Shown here: positions 13,160 through 24,259 of the stretch, in pieces
How positions within the stretch are numbered: position 1 is the first letter of the stretch
Layout: each line of letters opens with the position of its first letter
Source of the DNA: Octopus vulgaris
Lineage: Eukaryota
Reading direction: 5' to 3'
DNA length: 64,000 nt
NCBI GenBank assembly: GCA_951406725.2
Contig: OX597827.1
Location: 77,314,001-77,378,000 of the forward strand
The notes under the pieces: generated by a model
Told to the model about the DNA's origin: nothing
The model's input: the letters and a program-made list of their open reading frames with translations, nothing else
Databases searched by the model: none
Made by a program: the position numbers and the translations under genes

Positions 13160-13670
13160 ACCAAATTGTTTTAAATGGCTGCTTGAGCCATGATTCCAAA
13201 GAGTTAAAACAGATGCTTGAGCTAAGACCTCCAAATGTTTTGCTGGCTGCTTGAGCCAAGACCCTACATGTTTTAAATGGTAGCTTGAGCCAAGATTCCA
13301 ATTGGTTAACCAGATGCTTGAGCCAAGTCTCCAAATGTTTTTAATGACAGATTGAGCGAAGATCCCCAAATGTTTGAACTAAGACCTCCAAATGTTTTGC
13401 TGGCTGCTTGAGCCAAGACCCTACATGTTTTTAACAGTTGCTTGAGCCAAGATCCTACATGTTTTAAACAGATACTTGAACCAAGTCTCCAAATGTTTTT
13501 AATGACCGATTGAGGTCAAGATCTCCAAATGATTATACAGATGTTTGAGCTAAGTCTCCACATGTTTTTAATGGTTTCATGAGCCAAGATCCTTAAATGA
13601 TTAATACAGATACTTGAGCCAAGGTCTCAAATATGTTGTTCTGATTCAATGACAGAAATGTTTGAGCTCA
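13160..13670. repeat. Diverged ~34-bp tandem array with a CTTGAGCCAAG core
   Basis: About 14-15 cores at roughly 34-bp spacing, each followed by an AAATGTTTT-like element. Confidence 0.85.
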
Positions 13671-14136
13671 AATACTTGATCTGAACTTCTCGTTTTATAT
13701 ATCCACCACTTCTAGCAAGTGTGTAGATATTTATATAGACACTTGTGGTGGTGTATCAATTGTTAAGCGATATGTTTTTGTTTTGTTTATTGTAGTTTAA
13801 TCTTTTTTTTTAATCCATTTTCCAAAGCTATCATGACTAGGATATCTTTTGACTTTTTGTTGGAGCAATCAAATTGTTTTCTCGTTGGCTGCCCTTCCAG
13901 CCACCAACTGCTCAACCCCATGAAGTAGTGGGGCAAACACAGCTACATGTCTTGTGCAGGGACACAACACATTAGCTGCCCTAAGGTTTGAACTGGTGAC
14001 CGCATTGTCAACAGTCCACCACCTATACCTCTCACCCACTGTGCCTCACCCAGACACAGCTTATTCACTTATTAATTCAGTAATCCATTCCATATGCCTC
14101 TTCTTGCTCTTACTCTTCCTCATCTTCAAGCTGGTT

Positions 14137-15849
14137 TCACTGCATCAATGTCTGAATGTTGTGGACAGCCTCCTGGCTCTCGCATTTCCTCTGGCCATAA
14201 GTCGGGTTCGATGTGTTGGTCCAGCCTGCATTCCAGTTGGCCGTTATGGCAGCGTTACGCTTCCAGTTGTAATTATTCTCAGCAGCTCTTTGCGGCACCA
14301 TCTGTTGATGGTAGGTGGCCGTGTTCATCGTCGAGGTTGCAGTCATGTTTGATGACTGCTGAGATGGTGGTGGAGGCGGCGGCGGTGGCGCCTGCTGCTG
14401 CTGCTGCGGCTGTTGCTGCTGTTGTTGCCTTAGCGGCGCATGTTGATGCATCATCTGATGCGAGCAGGCTGACATTGTCGATGGATCTTTCTGGGCAGCT
14501 GGTTGCTGTTGTTGTTGTTGTTGTTGTTGCTGTTGTTGTTGCTGCTGCTGCTGCGGGGCCGCAGTAGAATATTTGATCTGCTGTTGTGAATACTGTGTGT
14601 TTGTCGTCATAACAGCCTGTTTGTGGATCGCCGCAGTTTGGTTAATCATCTGGGTAGTGTAGGTCCCTGAAGATGACGAAGCTTGAGGTGAAATCATCGA
14701 TGGAGGTTTAGGAAGGTTTGGGGCTTGGTTAGCGCCCGACGACGACGAGGTTGATGTGACTGAAGCTGAAGGCACACTGGTTGCTGACATCCGGTCCGCT
14801 TTGTGCACATTTTGGTGCTTGTTTAAATGGGACTTTTGGGCAAAGTTCTTGCCACAAATTGTACAATGGAATGGTTTCACCCCAGTATGAGTCCTTTCGT
14901 GATTCTCCAGTCGGTCCCTTTGGGGAAAAACCTTGTGGCAGTAAGAGCAAGGGAAGTGTTTACCTGTATCAGGAGCCAATAAGTGACGGTTGAGGTAGGC
15001 CTTCAGGGTGAAGCCTTTCCGGCATACATCACACTTAAAGGGTTTATCTGCGCTGCCGGGCCCGCTTTTGCGTTTGCCCACCTGGTTAAGGTGTTGGGGG
15101 CAGGTCTTGCTGTGGTTCTCGAAATGATGGAACTGATGATGATGCTGATGATGCTGGTGTTGATGATGCTGATGCTGATGTTGGTGGTGTTGATGCTGGT
15201 GTTGATGTTGGTGGTGTTGATGCTGGTGTTGATGCTGATGCTGATGTTGAAGGTGGTGCTGATGTTGTTGGTGGTGCTGGTGATGCTGATGGTGGTGATG
15301 ATGTTGCTGCTGCTGCTGCTGCTGTTGTTGTTGCTGCTGTTGCTGCTGATGCTGTTGCATGGAATTCATCATCATGGTCATCGCAAGGGTCTTGCGGCGC
15401 TTCATGCTCCGGTCGACGGCGTTTGGCGACTTTGTGCCGGTGTGGACGTGCTTGTGGGTGTTCAGGTGTGACTTCTGTGAAAACGACTTGGAGCAGATGT
15501 TGCAGACAAACGGCTTGACCCCCGTGTGAGTGCGTTCGTGCGTCTCGAGGCGGTCCCTCTGCGGAAAGATCTTGCTGCAATAACTGCAGGGGAAGTGTTT
15601 ACCGGGCTCAGGGGCCAACAGGTGTCGATTCAGGTAGGCTTTCAACGTAAATCCTTTACGGCATATTCCACATTTGAAAGGTTTGTCCCGGGACTTGTCT
15701 GGTTTCTTGATCAGCTCCATAAAGTTTGTAAATCCGTTCTGTGATGCCGTTCCACCGCAAGTGTGTACCTCAGCCTGACTATCATTATTAATACCACAAC
15801 AGTTGTTGTTAAACTGTTGTTGCTTTCCCCCACACTGCATCTGGTACAT
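14137..15849 (-). CDS. C2H2 zinc-finger protein (~570 aa): two 3-finger blocks separated by a polyQ/(HQ)n tract, with a polyQ/polyP C-terminal region; single coding exon
   Basis: Long ORF with CxxC-x12-H-x3-H motifs and TGVKP linkers. First ATG at 15849 (the track's start at 15855 is GTG), with an in-frame TAA just upstream at 15865-15867. Confidence 0.93.
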   Translation of the reverse strand: MYQMQCGGKQQQFNNNCCGINNDSQAEVHTCGGTASQNGFTNFMELIKKPDKSRDKPFKCGICRKGFTLKAYLNRHLLAPEPGKHFPCSYCSKIFPQRDRLETHERTHTGVKPFVCNICSKSFSQKSHLNTHKHVHTGTKSPNAVDRSMKRRKTLAMTMMMNSMQQHQQQQQQQQQQQQQQQHHHHHQHHQHHQQHQHHLQHQHQHQHQHQHHQHQHQHQHHQHQHQHHQHQHHQHHHQFHHFENHSKTCPQHLNQVGKRKSGPGSADKPFKCDVCRKGFTLKAYLNRHLLAPDTGKHFPCSYCHKVFPQRDRLENHERTHTGVKPFHCTICGKNFAQKSHLNKHQNVHKADRMSATSVPSASVTSTSSSSGANQAPNLPKPPSMISPQASSSSGTYTTQMINQTAAIHKQAVMTTNTQYSQQQIKYSTAAPQQQQQQQQQQQQQQQQQPAAQKDPSTMSACSHQMMHQHAPLRQQQQQQPQQQQQAPPPPPPPPSQQSSNMTATSTMNTATYHQQMVPQRAAENNYNWKRNAAITANWNAGWTNTSNPTYGQRKCESQEAVHNIQTLMQ

Positions 15850-15914
15850 CGTCACTTTGCTCTTTTACACTATTATCTATATTATAACCGTTATTACTAT
15901 ATTATTACTACTAC

Positions 15915-15957
<43 letters not shown>

Positions 15958-16671
15958 ATAATTATTAATAATAATTATTATTCTGTATTCTTAATGTTAT
16001 TATTAATATTATCACCTACAACATAGGTTTGGAAATTTCCAGAAACTTCTTCAGTCTTTCACATTTTATACATCCTGGAATGTTTTAACTCTGATCTTAA
16101 CACATACCAAATGTGTGTGTGTGTGTGTGTGTGTGTGCTGGCACCACTGCCAAATCTTGGACTCAATGTATTCTTATATTCTTGTAGTCACCCAATTAAT
16201 CCCAATTAACAAATGAGAAGATAATGGCAGATGTACAGTGCACAGTCCACCTATGGTCAGTCAAACAGGGTACATTCCAATGATTTATCAATAACCTAAA
16301 CAAACCAATCCCATTATTCTAAAGGTGTAAGTGCTCCCTCCAGTGTAGGGTCCAAAGATGTCAAAAAAGATGTCTATAAAATATAATATAAAACATTAAA
16401 ATTTCCTCTTGTAGTAATTAAAAATGTGGAGATGATGAGATATTATGCATAAGAAGAGTTCAGATCTGGGAAGGGACTTGAAAGTAATCCTTTGTGTTTT
16501 TCTCCTCCTTCTTAAAGTTGATGAAGGTGAAAGCAGTAGACACACAAATGGTCAGGTTTGCTGGAATTATAAACTGGTTGTTGCTGGGTCAGAATCAAGT
16601 CAGAAGATCTCCAATTGCGGGACATCATCTCGTAGCAGAGCATCAGCCAGGTGATAGGCAGACAGGTGAAC
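15850..16671 (-). other. Putative 5' UTR exon sequence of ZNF gene 1
   Basis: Minus-strand acceptor TTGTATCTTGCCGCAG|G at 16671 after a long CT tract; a second candidate acceptor TGTTGTAG|G at 16015; mostly non-repetitive sequence. Confidence 0.4.
15885..15982. repeat. (ATT)n microsatellite just 5' of the ZNF gene 1 start codon
   Basis: Direct inspection. Confidence 0.9.
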
Positions 16672-17029
16672 CTGCGGCAAGATACAAGTTAGAGAATTAT
16701 GAGAGATATAAAGGAGAGAGGGAAAGAGAGAGAGAGGTAGAGGTACAAACAGAGAGAGATAGAGAGGTAGAGGGACAAAGAGAGTGAGAGAGAGAGGTAC
16801 AAACACAGACAGAGAGAGAGAGAGGTAGAAGGACAAACAGAATGAGAGAGAGGTACAAACACAGACAGAGATAAAGGTAGGGGGACAAACACTGTGTGAG
16901 AGAGAGAGAGGTAGAGGTACAAACAGAGAGAGAGAGAGAGAGAGAGAGACAAAGAAACAGCAAGAAAGATTTCAATATTCCATTAAAGCAGCAAACAGAC
17001 AGAATCATTTACATGTTGAATAAAATACC

Positions 17030-17470
17030 TGGTGGTATTTCGTTTGCCCTTACATTCTGAGCCCTGGGGCTGATGTAATCAACTTGCTGACCTTGTGCCA
17101 AAATTTGAAACCCATATTACATTCCGGCATGAAGGAGGTGAGTTGGCAGAGTTGTTAGCACACTGGACAAAATGCTGCTAAAATATGTACCAGTCATGCA
17201 CTGGGGTTGATGTAATCAATGTCCCCCCACTCCTGAACTTGCTGGCCTTGCGCCAACATTTAAAACCATTGTCGTGTTTCAATATTAAACAAATGGCTGA
17301 GGAGCAAACTGGCAGAATGATTACTGCATCGGGACAAAATGCTTCACACCATTTCTTCCGACTCTACATTCTGAGTTCAAATTCTGCGGAGGTCGACTTT
17401 GTCTTTCATCCTTTTGAGGAAGGATAAAGTAAGTACCAGTTGAGTACTGGGGTGGATGCAATCAACTCCC
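17030..17470 (+). mobile_element. SINE family B fragments
   Basis: B box and central domain matches. Confidence 0.65.
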
Positions 17471-17477
17471 CAACCTC

Positions 17478-18266
17478 ACCCTGACTGGCTTCTGTACCGG
17501 TGGCACATAGAAAGCACTATTTGAACGTGATCAATGCCAGAGCCACCTGACTGGCTCTTCTGCGGAGTGGCATGTAAAAAGCACCACCCGAACGTGGCCG
17601 ATGCTATAGCCCCCTGACTGGATCCTGTGCCCATAGCATGTACAAAGCACCACCTGAACATGGCTGATGCCAGTGTCCCCTGACTGGCTCCTGTACCAGC
17701 AGCACATAGAAAGCACTATTTGAATATGATCGATGTCAGGGCCGCCTGACTGGCTCTTCTGCAGAGTGGCATGTAAAAAGCACCACCTGAACATGGCCGA
17801 TGCCATACCCGTAGCATGTAAAAAGCACCACCCGAATGTGGCCGATGCCAGTGTCCCTTGACTGGCTTCTGTACTGGTGGCACATAGAAAGCACTATCCG
17901 AACGTGATCAATGCCAGGGCTGCCTGACTGGCTCCTCTACCGGTGGTACGTTAAAAGCACCACCCGAATGTGTCCAATGCCATAGCACACTGACCGGTCC
18001 CGGTGCCTGTAGCACGTAAAAAGCACTATCCAAACATAATTGATGCCAGGACCGCCTGACTGGCTCCTGTGCTAGTGGAACGTAAAAAGCACCCACTACA
18101 CTCTTGGAGTGGTTGGCATGAGGAAGGGCATCCAGCTGTAGAAACTCTGCCAGATCAGAATGGAGCCTGGTGCAGCTGCTGACTCTCCAGACCCCAGTCA
18201 AACCGTCCAACCCACGCCAGCATGGAAAACAGATGTTAAACGATGATGAGGAGGAGGAGGATGATG
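17478..18266 (+). mobile_element. SINE family C (RTE-type 3' tail ending in (GAT)n) with ~66-bp internal tandem repeats
   Basis: TGACTGG recurs at 17482, 17548, 17615, 17681, 17747 and onward; tail AGGAAGGGCATCCAGCTGTAGAAAC...CCAGCATGGAAA...GATGATGA. Confidence 0.8.
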
Positions 18267-18849
18267 TTCCCCTAAGATTCACACTTTTTGCAGCAATCCC
18301 TCAGTTTTTCTAAGCCCTGTAAACAAACTTCAACGGTCAGGGCCCCTAACCAGGCCCTTCGCAAGAATACCCTTAAAGCCAAGAACTTTACAGCACCTTC
18401 ACAAATATTTCAACGTTGGAGAAATGGGGAATTTGGCAGTTATTGAAGTGTCAGCTAAAACGGTTCTAATTTGTTGCTTTCTGAGTTCAAACCCTACTGG
18501 GGCCCAATTTGCCTTTCATCTTTCCAGGGTGGTTAAATAAAATAGCAGCCTAAGGATTAGACTTCCACATCTCTGTCCCCCTTTTTTTGCATGAATTGGT
18601 TACATGCCACCTTAAGAAGACTTATGGACGATCACCCACAGCTTTCCTTTAATCAAAAATGGTGAATGTTTGAGAAAGGAACTACCAATTTCTTCTCACA
18701 GAGGTAGCAATATGGCATCGGTACCATTCAAGGCTGCAACCGTGGAATGGAATGGTAAATAATAAGGGGTAGAAAGGAATTGGAGCATCAGAACTGATAA
18801 AATATAACCACATATGTATATATATGTGTGTGTGTGTGAGTATATATAC

Positions 18850-19054
18850 TCTCTTTCTCTTTTACTTGTTTCAGTCATTTTACTGCGGCCATGCTGGAGC
18901 ACCACCTTTTAGTCGAGCAAATCGACCCCAGGACTTATTCTTTGTAAGCCCAGTACTTATTCTATCGGTCTCTTTTGCCGAACCGCTAGGTAACGGGGAT
19001 GTAAACATACCAGCATCGGTTGTCAAGCGATGTTGGGGGGACAAAGACAGACAA

Positions 19055-19085
<31 letters not shown>

Positions 19086-19248
19086 CGACAGGCTTCTTTC
19101 AGTTTCCGTCTACCAAATCCACTCACAAGGCTTTGGTCGGCCCGAGGCTATAGTAGAAGACACTTCCCCAAGGTGCCACGCAGTGGGACTGAACCCGGAA
19201 CCGTGTGGTTGGTAAGCAAGCTACTTACCACACAGCCACTCCTGCGCC
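18850..19248 (-). mobile_element. SINE family A
   Basis: Full-length, young-looking copy. Confidence 0.85.
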
Positions 19249-19441
19249 TATATATATATCTTTTATCTTTTACTTGTTTCAGTCATTAGACAGCGGCCAC
19301 TTGGAAGAATATTTTAGTCAAATGAACCAACCCTCAGTATTTATCATTTTTTCAGAGTTTCGTAGTTATTCTATCAGTCCCCTTTGTCAGACTGCTAGGT
19401 TACGGTGACATAAACACGCCAACACTGGTTGTGAAGCAGTG

Positions 19442-19696
19442 GTGTTTGTTCTCCCTCTCCCTAATGCTTGACAACATTGCAGGGTAGGTGTGAGAGACCA
19501 GATCCGGCTACTTTGAACATAGATCGAGTAGATTTTCAACTGGATATGACCGGTTTAAATGCTTTAAGCCTTAAGCATTTAAACCGGTCATATCCAGTTG
19601 AAAATCCTACTCGATCTATGTTCAAAGTAGCCGGATCTGGTCTCTCACACCTACCCTGCAATGTTGTCAAGCATTAGGGAGAGGGAGAACAAACAC
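19442..19696. repeat. Near-perfect inverted repeat (123/124-bp arms, 8-nt loop)
   Basis: Arms are reverse complements except for one 1-nt indel seen by eye. Confidence 0.95.
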
Positions 19697-20245
19697 AGAC
19701 ACAAAGAAACATGCACACGCATGTAAATGTGTGTGTATGTGTGTGTATACATATATAAACAATTGCAGCGTGGAAGGTGTTTATAAGCTATTTTCGTCGC
19801 TTTGAGACCCGTGACCTGTTCACTGACTAAAATTCCGTGCTGCATCGGAGGTGCAGCATGGAATTTTGTCAAAGCGACGGCAGGTGTCTTGGGGAAATTT
19901 CGAACCTGGGTTCACATTCCTAAGGTATGGACATGGGCATATGGTGTAGTGGTTAAGAGCGCGGGCTACTAACCCCAAGATTCTGAGTTCAATTCCAGGC
20001 AGTGACCTGAATAATAATAATATTAATAATAATGATAATAATAATTCGAAAAATAAGGGGCATTACCTTAGTTCACTGGTAGTGAACAGCTGACACTGTA
20101 GTTCATCTCCAGCGTTAGAAGCTGTGCAAAGGCAATAATGATAATGATAATAATAACAACAACAACAACAACAACAATAATAATAATAACAACAACATTG
20201 GCAAAATATCTTAGGAATGAGAACCCAGGTTCAAAATTTCCTCAA

Positions 20246-20294
20246 GACACCTGATGATGAAGGCTGGAGGATATATAAGACGAAACGTTGTGTT
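20246..20294 (+). ncRNA. Degenerate minimal hammerhead-like motif in a pLTR-like repeat
   Basis: GACAC-CTGATGA(TGA)-AGGCTG..-GAAAC-GTT-GTGTT. ACAC/GTGT form stem I and stem III is the loopless ACGT palindrome; stem II is decayed. Confidence 0.45.
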
Positions 20295-20589
20295 AACAAC
20301 AAACAAGATGAGGAGAAATATCCGTCAAATGTAAACAATGTACATAATTCCTCATCTCTTAAATATAGAAGTGCAACACAGTGCCACTTGAAGTGAAACA
20401 CATTTGCATTGTTTATAATGGAGATTTCAAACAGCACTTGGGACTCAAAAGCCACTTGTGTCCTGATGTGGGGGAAAAGTACATCTAACAATATGTACTC
20501 AAACTTTGAATAGGAGCAAACCTACCCTCTCTCTCCCTCCCACCCTCTCTATCTCTCTGTATATATATTATTTATGTTATATATATAAG

Positions 20590-20952
20590 CACAGGAGTGG
20601 CTATGTGGTAAGTAGCTTGCTTACCAACCACATTGTTCCGGGTTCAGTCCCACTGTATGGCATGCTATAGCCTTATGAGTGGATTTAGTAGACGGAAACT
20701 GAAAGAAGCTTGTCGTATATATATATATATATGTATGTGAGTGTGTATGTTTGTGTGTCTGTGGTTGTCACCCCAACATCGCTTCACATTTGATGCTGGT
20801 GTGTTTACGTCCCTGTAACTTTTGGTTCGGCAAAAGAGACCGATAGAATAAGTACTGGGCTTACAAAAGAATAAGTCCCGGGGTCGAGTTGCTTGATTAA
20901 AGGCGGTGCTCCAGCATGGCCGCAGTCAAATGACTGAAACAAGTAAAAGAGA
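20590..20952 (+). mobile_element. SINE family A (internal deletion)
   Basis: Matches the consensus but lacks part of the CORE-like segment. Confidence 0.85.
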
Positions 20953-21384
20953 TAACTATAAAGCTACTAAATCCATGTTTTCTAATAAACAACCTGCGTG
21001 GCCATGATTGTGGGGTGCAGTCGTTGATTCAACTGAGGGAGTCTTCTGTACTTTTGAAAACATCTAGACACACCTCAATTAGTAAGGGGTTTTATTATCA
21101 CTGAGAAGAAATATGATAGCTCAGGGGTCGGTGAGGAATTACAGGGGGTCGATGATAGCCAAGAGGTCGAATGGAGACCAGCTCACCCAGATGTACTGCT
21201 TGAAATATTTGGTTAGTGCCATGCCTATCCCTCATGTTGATGTTGTCAATTTTTATAAAAGATATTCCAGCAATATGATACGTTTATCACATTTTCTAAC
21301 CGTGATAACAATTTCATAAAAATTGAAAGTTTTAAATGTAAAAAATGCGTCATCTTCAATAGAATTTCTTAATTCGTCGTACAT

Positions 21385-21762
21385 ACTCTTTTATTTGTTT
21401 CAGTCATTTGACTGTGGCCATGTTGGAGCACCGCCTTTTTTAGTCGAGCAAATCGACCCCAGGACTTATTCTTTGTAAGCCTAGTACTTATTCTATCGGT
21501 CTCTTTTGCTGAACCACTAAGTTACAGGGACGTAAACACACCAGCATCGGTTGTAAAGCGATGTTGGGGGGACAAACACTGACACACAAACATATATACG
21601 ACGGGCTTCTTTCAGTTTCCGTCTACCAAATCCACTCACAAGGCTTTGGTCAGCCCAAGGCTATAGTAGAAGACACTTGCCCAAGGTGTCATGCAGTGGG
21701 ACTGAACCCGGGACCATGTGGTTCGTAAGCAAGCTACTTACCACACAGCCACTCCTATGCCT
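21385..21762 (-). mobile_element. SINE family A
   Basis: Full-length copy. Confidence 0.85.
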
Positions 21763-22351
21763 ATATATATGTACTATGTACATGTATATTTTAGCTAACA
21801 TTTTAATTGCCAGCACCAGTACCCAATGCGCATTTAAGATATGGGTACGGTAGGGTATTAAGATATTTTGAATGAAGAGGGTGTCGATGCAGAAGGGGAA
21901 GTGGCTAAAGGGGGTTGACGGTCGAAAAAGTTTGGTGACCCCTGGGATAGCTGGAGATGTTCCCTCCTCCACACACGCACACACACACACAGACATATTT
22001 CTTGGATTGGAGATGCTACAATAGGTTCTGAGGTAGGTTTATGATCCCTCATACAAAGAGTATCAAATGACATCTTAGGCAACTACTTTCTATAGCTCTG
22101 GGTCAATCTGTATTTTGGCAAATGAAATTGAGGAGATGTGAGACCCTGGTTGGTTGGATTGCATCTATAATTCAAAGGCTGAACCTTCACTCTCTCTCAC
22201 ACACACACATACATACATACAACATCATTAATTTTGATTCTGACTGAAAATTAAGTTAATCTTCTATAAAAGGCCACAACTAAGACACATTTCAGCATGC
22301 TGCACCAGAAATTTCCAACCACCGATAGTTACAGCAAGTACTCAATATCAT

Positions 22352-22725
22352 ACTCTTTTACTTGCTTCGGTCATTTGACTGTGGCCATGCTGGAACACCG
22401 CCTTTAGTCAAAGAAATCGACCCCAGGACTTATTCTTTGTAAGCCTAGTACTTATTCTATCAGTCTCTTTTACTGAACCGCTAAGTTACGGGGATGTAAA
22501 CACATCAACATCGGTTGTCAAGTGATGTTGGGGGGACAAAGACAGACACAGAAACACACACACACATATATATATATATACATATATACGACGGGCTTCT
22601 TTCAGTTTCCGTCTACCAAATCCACTCACAAGGCTTTGGTTGGCCCAAGGCTATAGTAGATGACACTTGTCCAAGATGCCACGCAGTGGGACTGAACCCA
22701 GAACCATGTGGTTGGTAAGCAAGCT
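22352..22725 (-). mobile_element. SINE family A
   Basis: Near full-length copy. Confidence 0.85.
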
Positions 22726-22729
22726 AGTT

Positions 22730-23100
22730 GTTTTTCTCTACTAATAACAACATCATCTGTAACTGAATAGATCTTTGTCCCCCATTAGGTATAGAATTCA
22801 TCAAAATATAACATCTTGATATGGTCTGCTGTTCAGGACAATAACATTGGTCACTAAAGCCTGTACTGTGTTGAGCAATACTAATGAAGATGGGTGGAAT
22901 GTGTCCATAAATTTCCTCTTTGGTCTTGTGCTCAGGCCATATTTTGAGCCTTCCCAAGAAGCAATCTTTAAGTTCTTTCTTCATAGTCCGTATTTAGGCT
23001 TCCTGAAGAAGCCCCTCTCATTAAAGCCATTATCTGTTTTCTGAGTAAAGGATCTCTTTATTCCATAAGCCTTTCAGGGGTGCAAAATCAGTACAATATT
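22730..23100 (-). mobile_element. RTE-clade LINE C-terminal remnant
   Basis: WPEHKTKEEIYGHIPPI...FSDQCY...IS resembles the post-RT region of RTE ORFs. Confidence 0.55.
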
Positions 23101-23804
23101 TCTTGACATGGAAGATGACAACAACTTCACTTTGTGTAGATCAGTGATCAGTGAAAATGTAAACACGAAACACACACACACAAATGTATATTCATTCATA
23201 TATAAACTGAACATTTATACACACATACACACACACGCGCGCGTGCACATAGGTTACTTGGCAACCCTGCTGGCGCCGGTGACATGAGAAAAGCCACCCA
23301 GTAAGCACTATAAAGTGGTTGGCGTTAGGAAGGGCATCGGGCCGTAGAAATACTGCCAAAGCTGGAGCACGCTGTAGTGGTGCCATTCGCTGGGTTCTGC
23401 CAAACCCTCCAACCCATGTCAGCTTAGAAAACGGACGTAAAATGATGACGATGATGACATATATGTGTACAAACATACATACATGCACATATTTACAAAC
23501 ACACTCATATAATATAAACACATAATTACATATATACACACATTACATATACAACAATATATATATATATATATGTATGTATATAATACGTTTACGTACA
23601 TATATTTACAAATATATATAGACACCCACACAACTTATATACGATATACGGGTATAAACATGTACAGTACATATGTTTGAGTATATATGGCTGTGATTTG
23701 CAAAAAATATTCGCAACTTTCAAGACAAAATACCGTTTCCTTCACCACAGCCTTTCACTATCTCCCAAGTTACATTTATAACGGAACATCAGCAAAACCA
23801 ACAC

Positions 23805-23867
<63 letters not shown>

Positions 23868-24180
23868 ATCAAATGTATACAGACTGCATTTACATATACA
23901 AACGGTATATAGTTATGGTCGTGTAACAACCACAACAGATATGAAAACAAGAATTTTTGTGTCTACAGAAGACGTGTATATCAAATGCATGTAAGGCAAA
24001 GTATACCCGACCCGAGTATATTACTGGACCCTTTTCTACCTCCACCCTCTCCATCACAGGGTTATGGCCATAACCAGCTTTGGCGGGATTCTACATACAT
24101 AAATCTCCAATCTATGTTTATATATATATACACACACAGAAGCACTAATTCGTTGAATACTTCATCTTCAATACACATGT

Positions 24181-24259
<79 letters not shown>

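Noticed and set aside
13160-13670. CRISPR-like repeat-spacer appearance
   Set aside because: The 'spacers' are related to each other and the core is only 11 bp; this is a diverged minisatellite.
14094-16026. Plus-strand and alternative-frame ORFs overlapping ZNF gene 1
   Set aside because: Antisense shadows of CAG/CAT repeats and coding bias.
19936-20010. tRNA gene
   Set aside because: A and B boxes are present but the cloverleaf pairing is poor and it runs into an (AAT)n tail; treated as a SINE head. Same for heads at 5480, 5970, 28015 and 45740.
20970-21945. Possible hAT element ending AAAAGTTTGGTGACCCCTG
   Set aside because: Only one terminus is clear; no matching left TIR or TSD could be established by eye.
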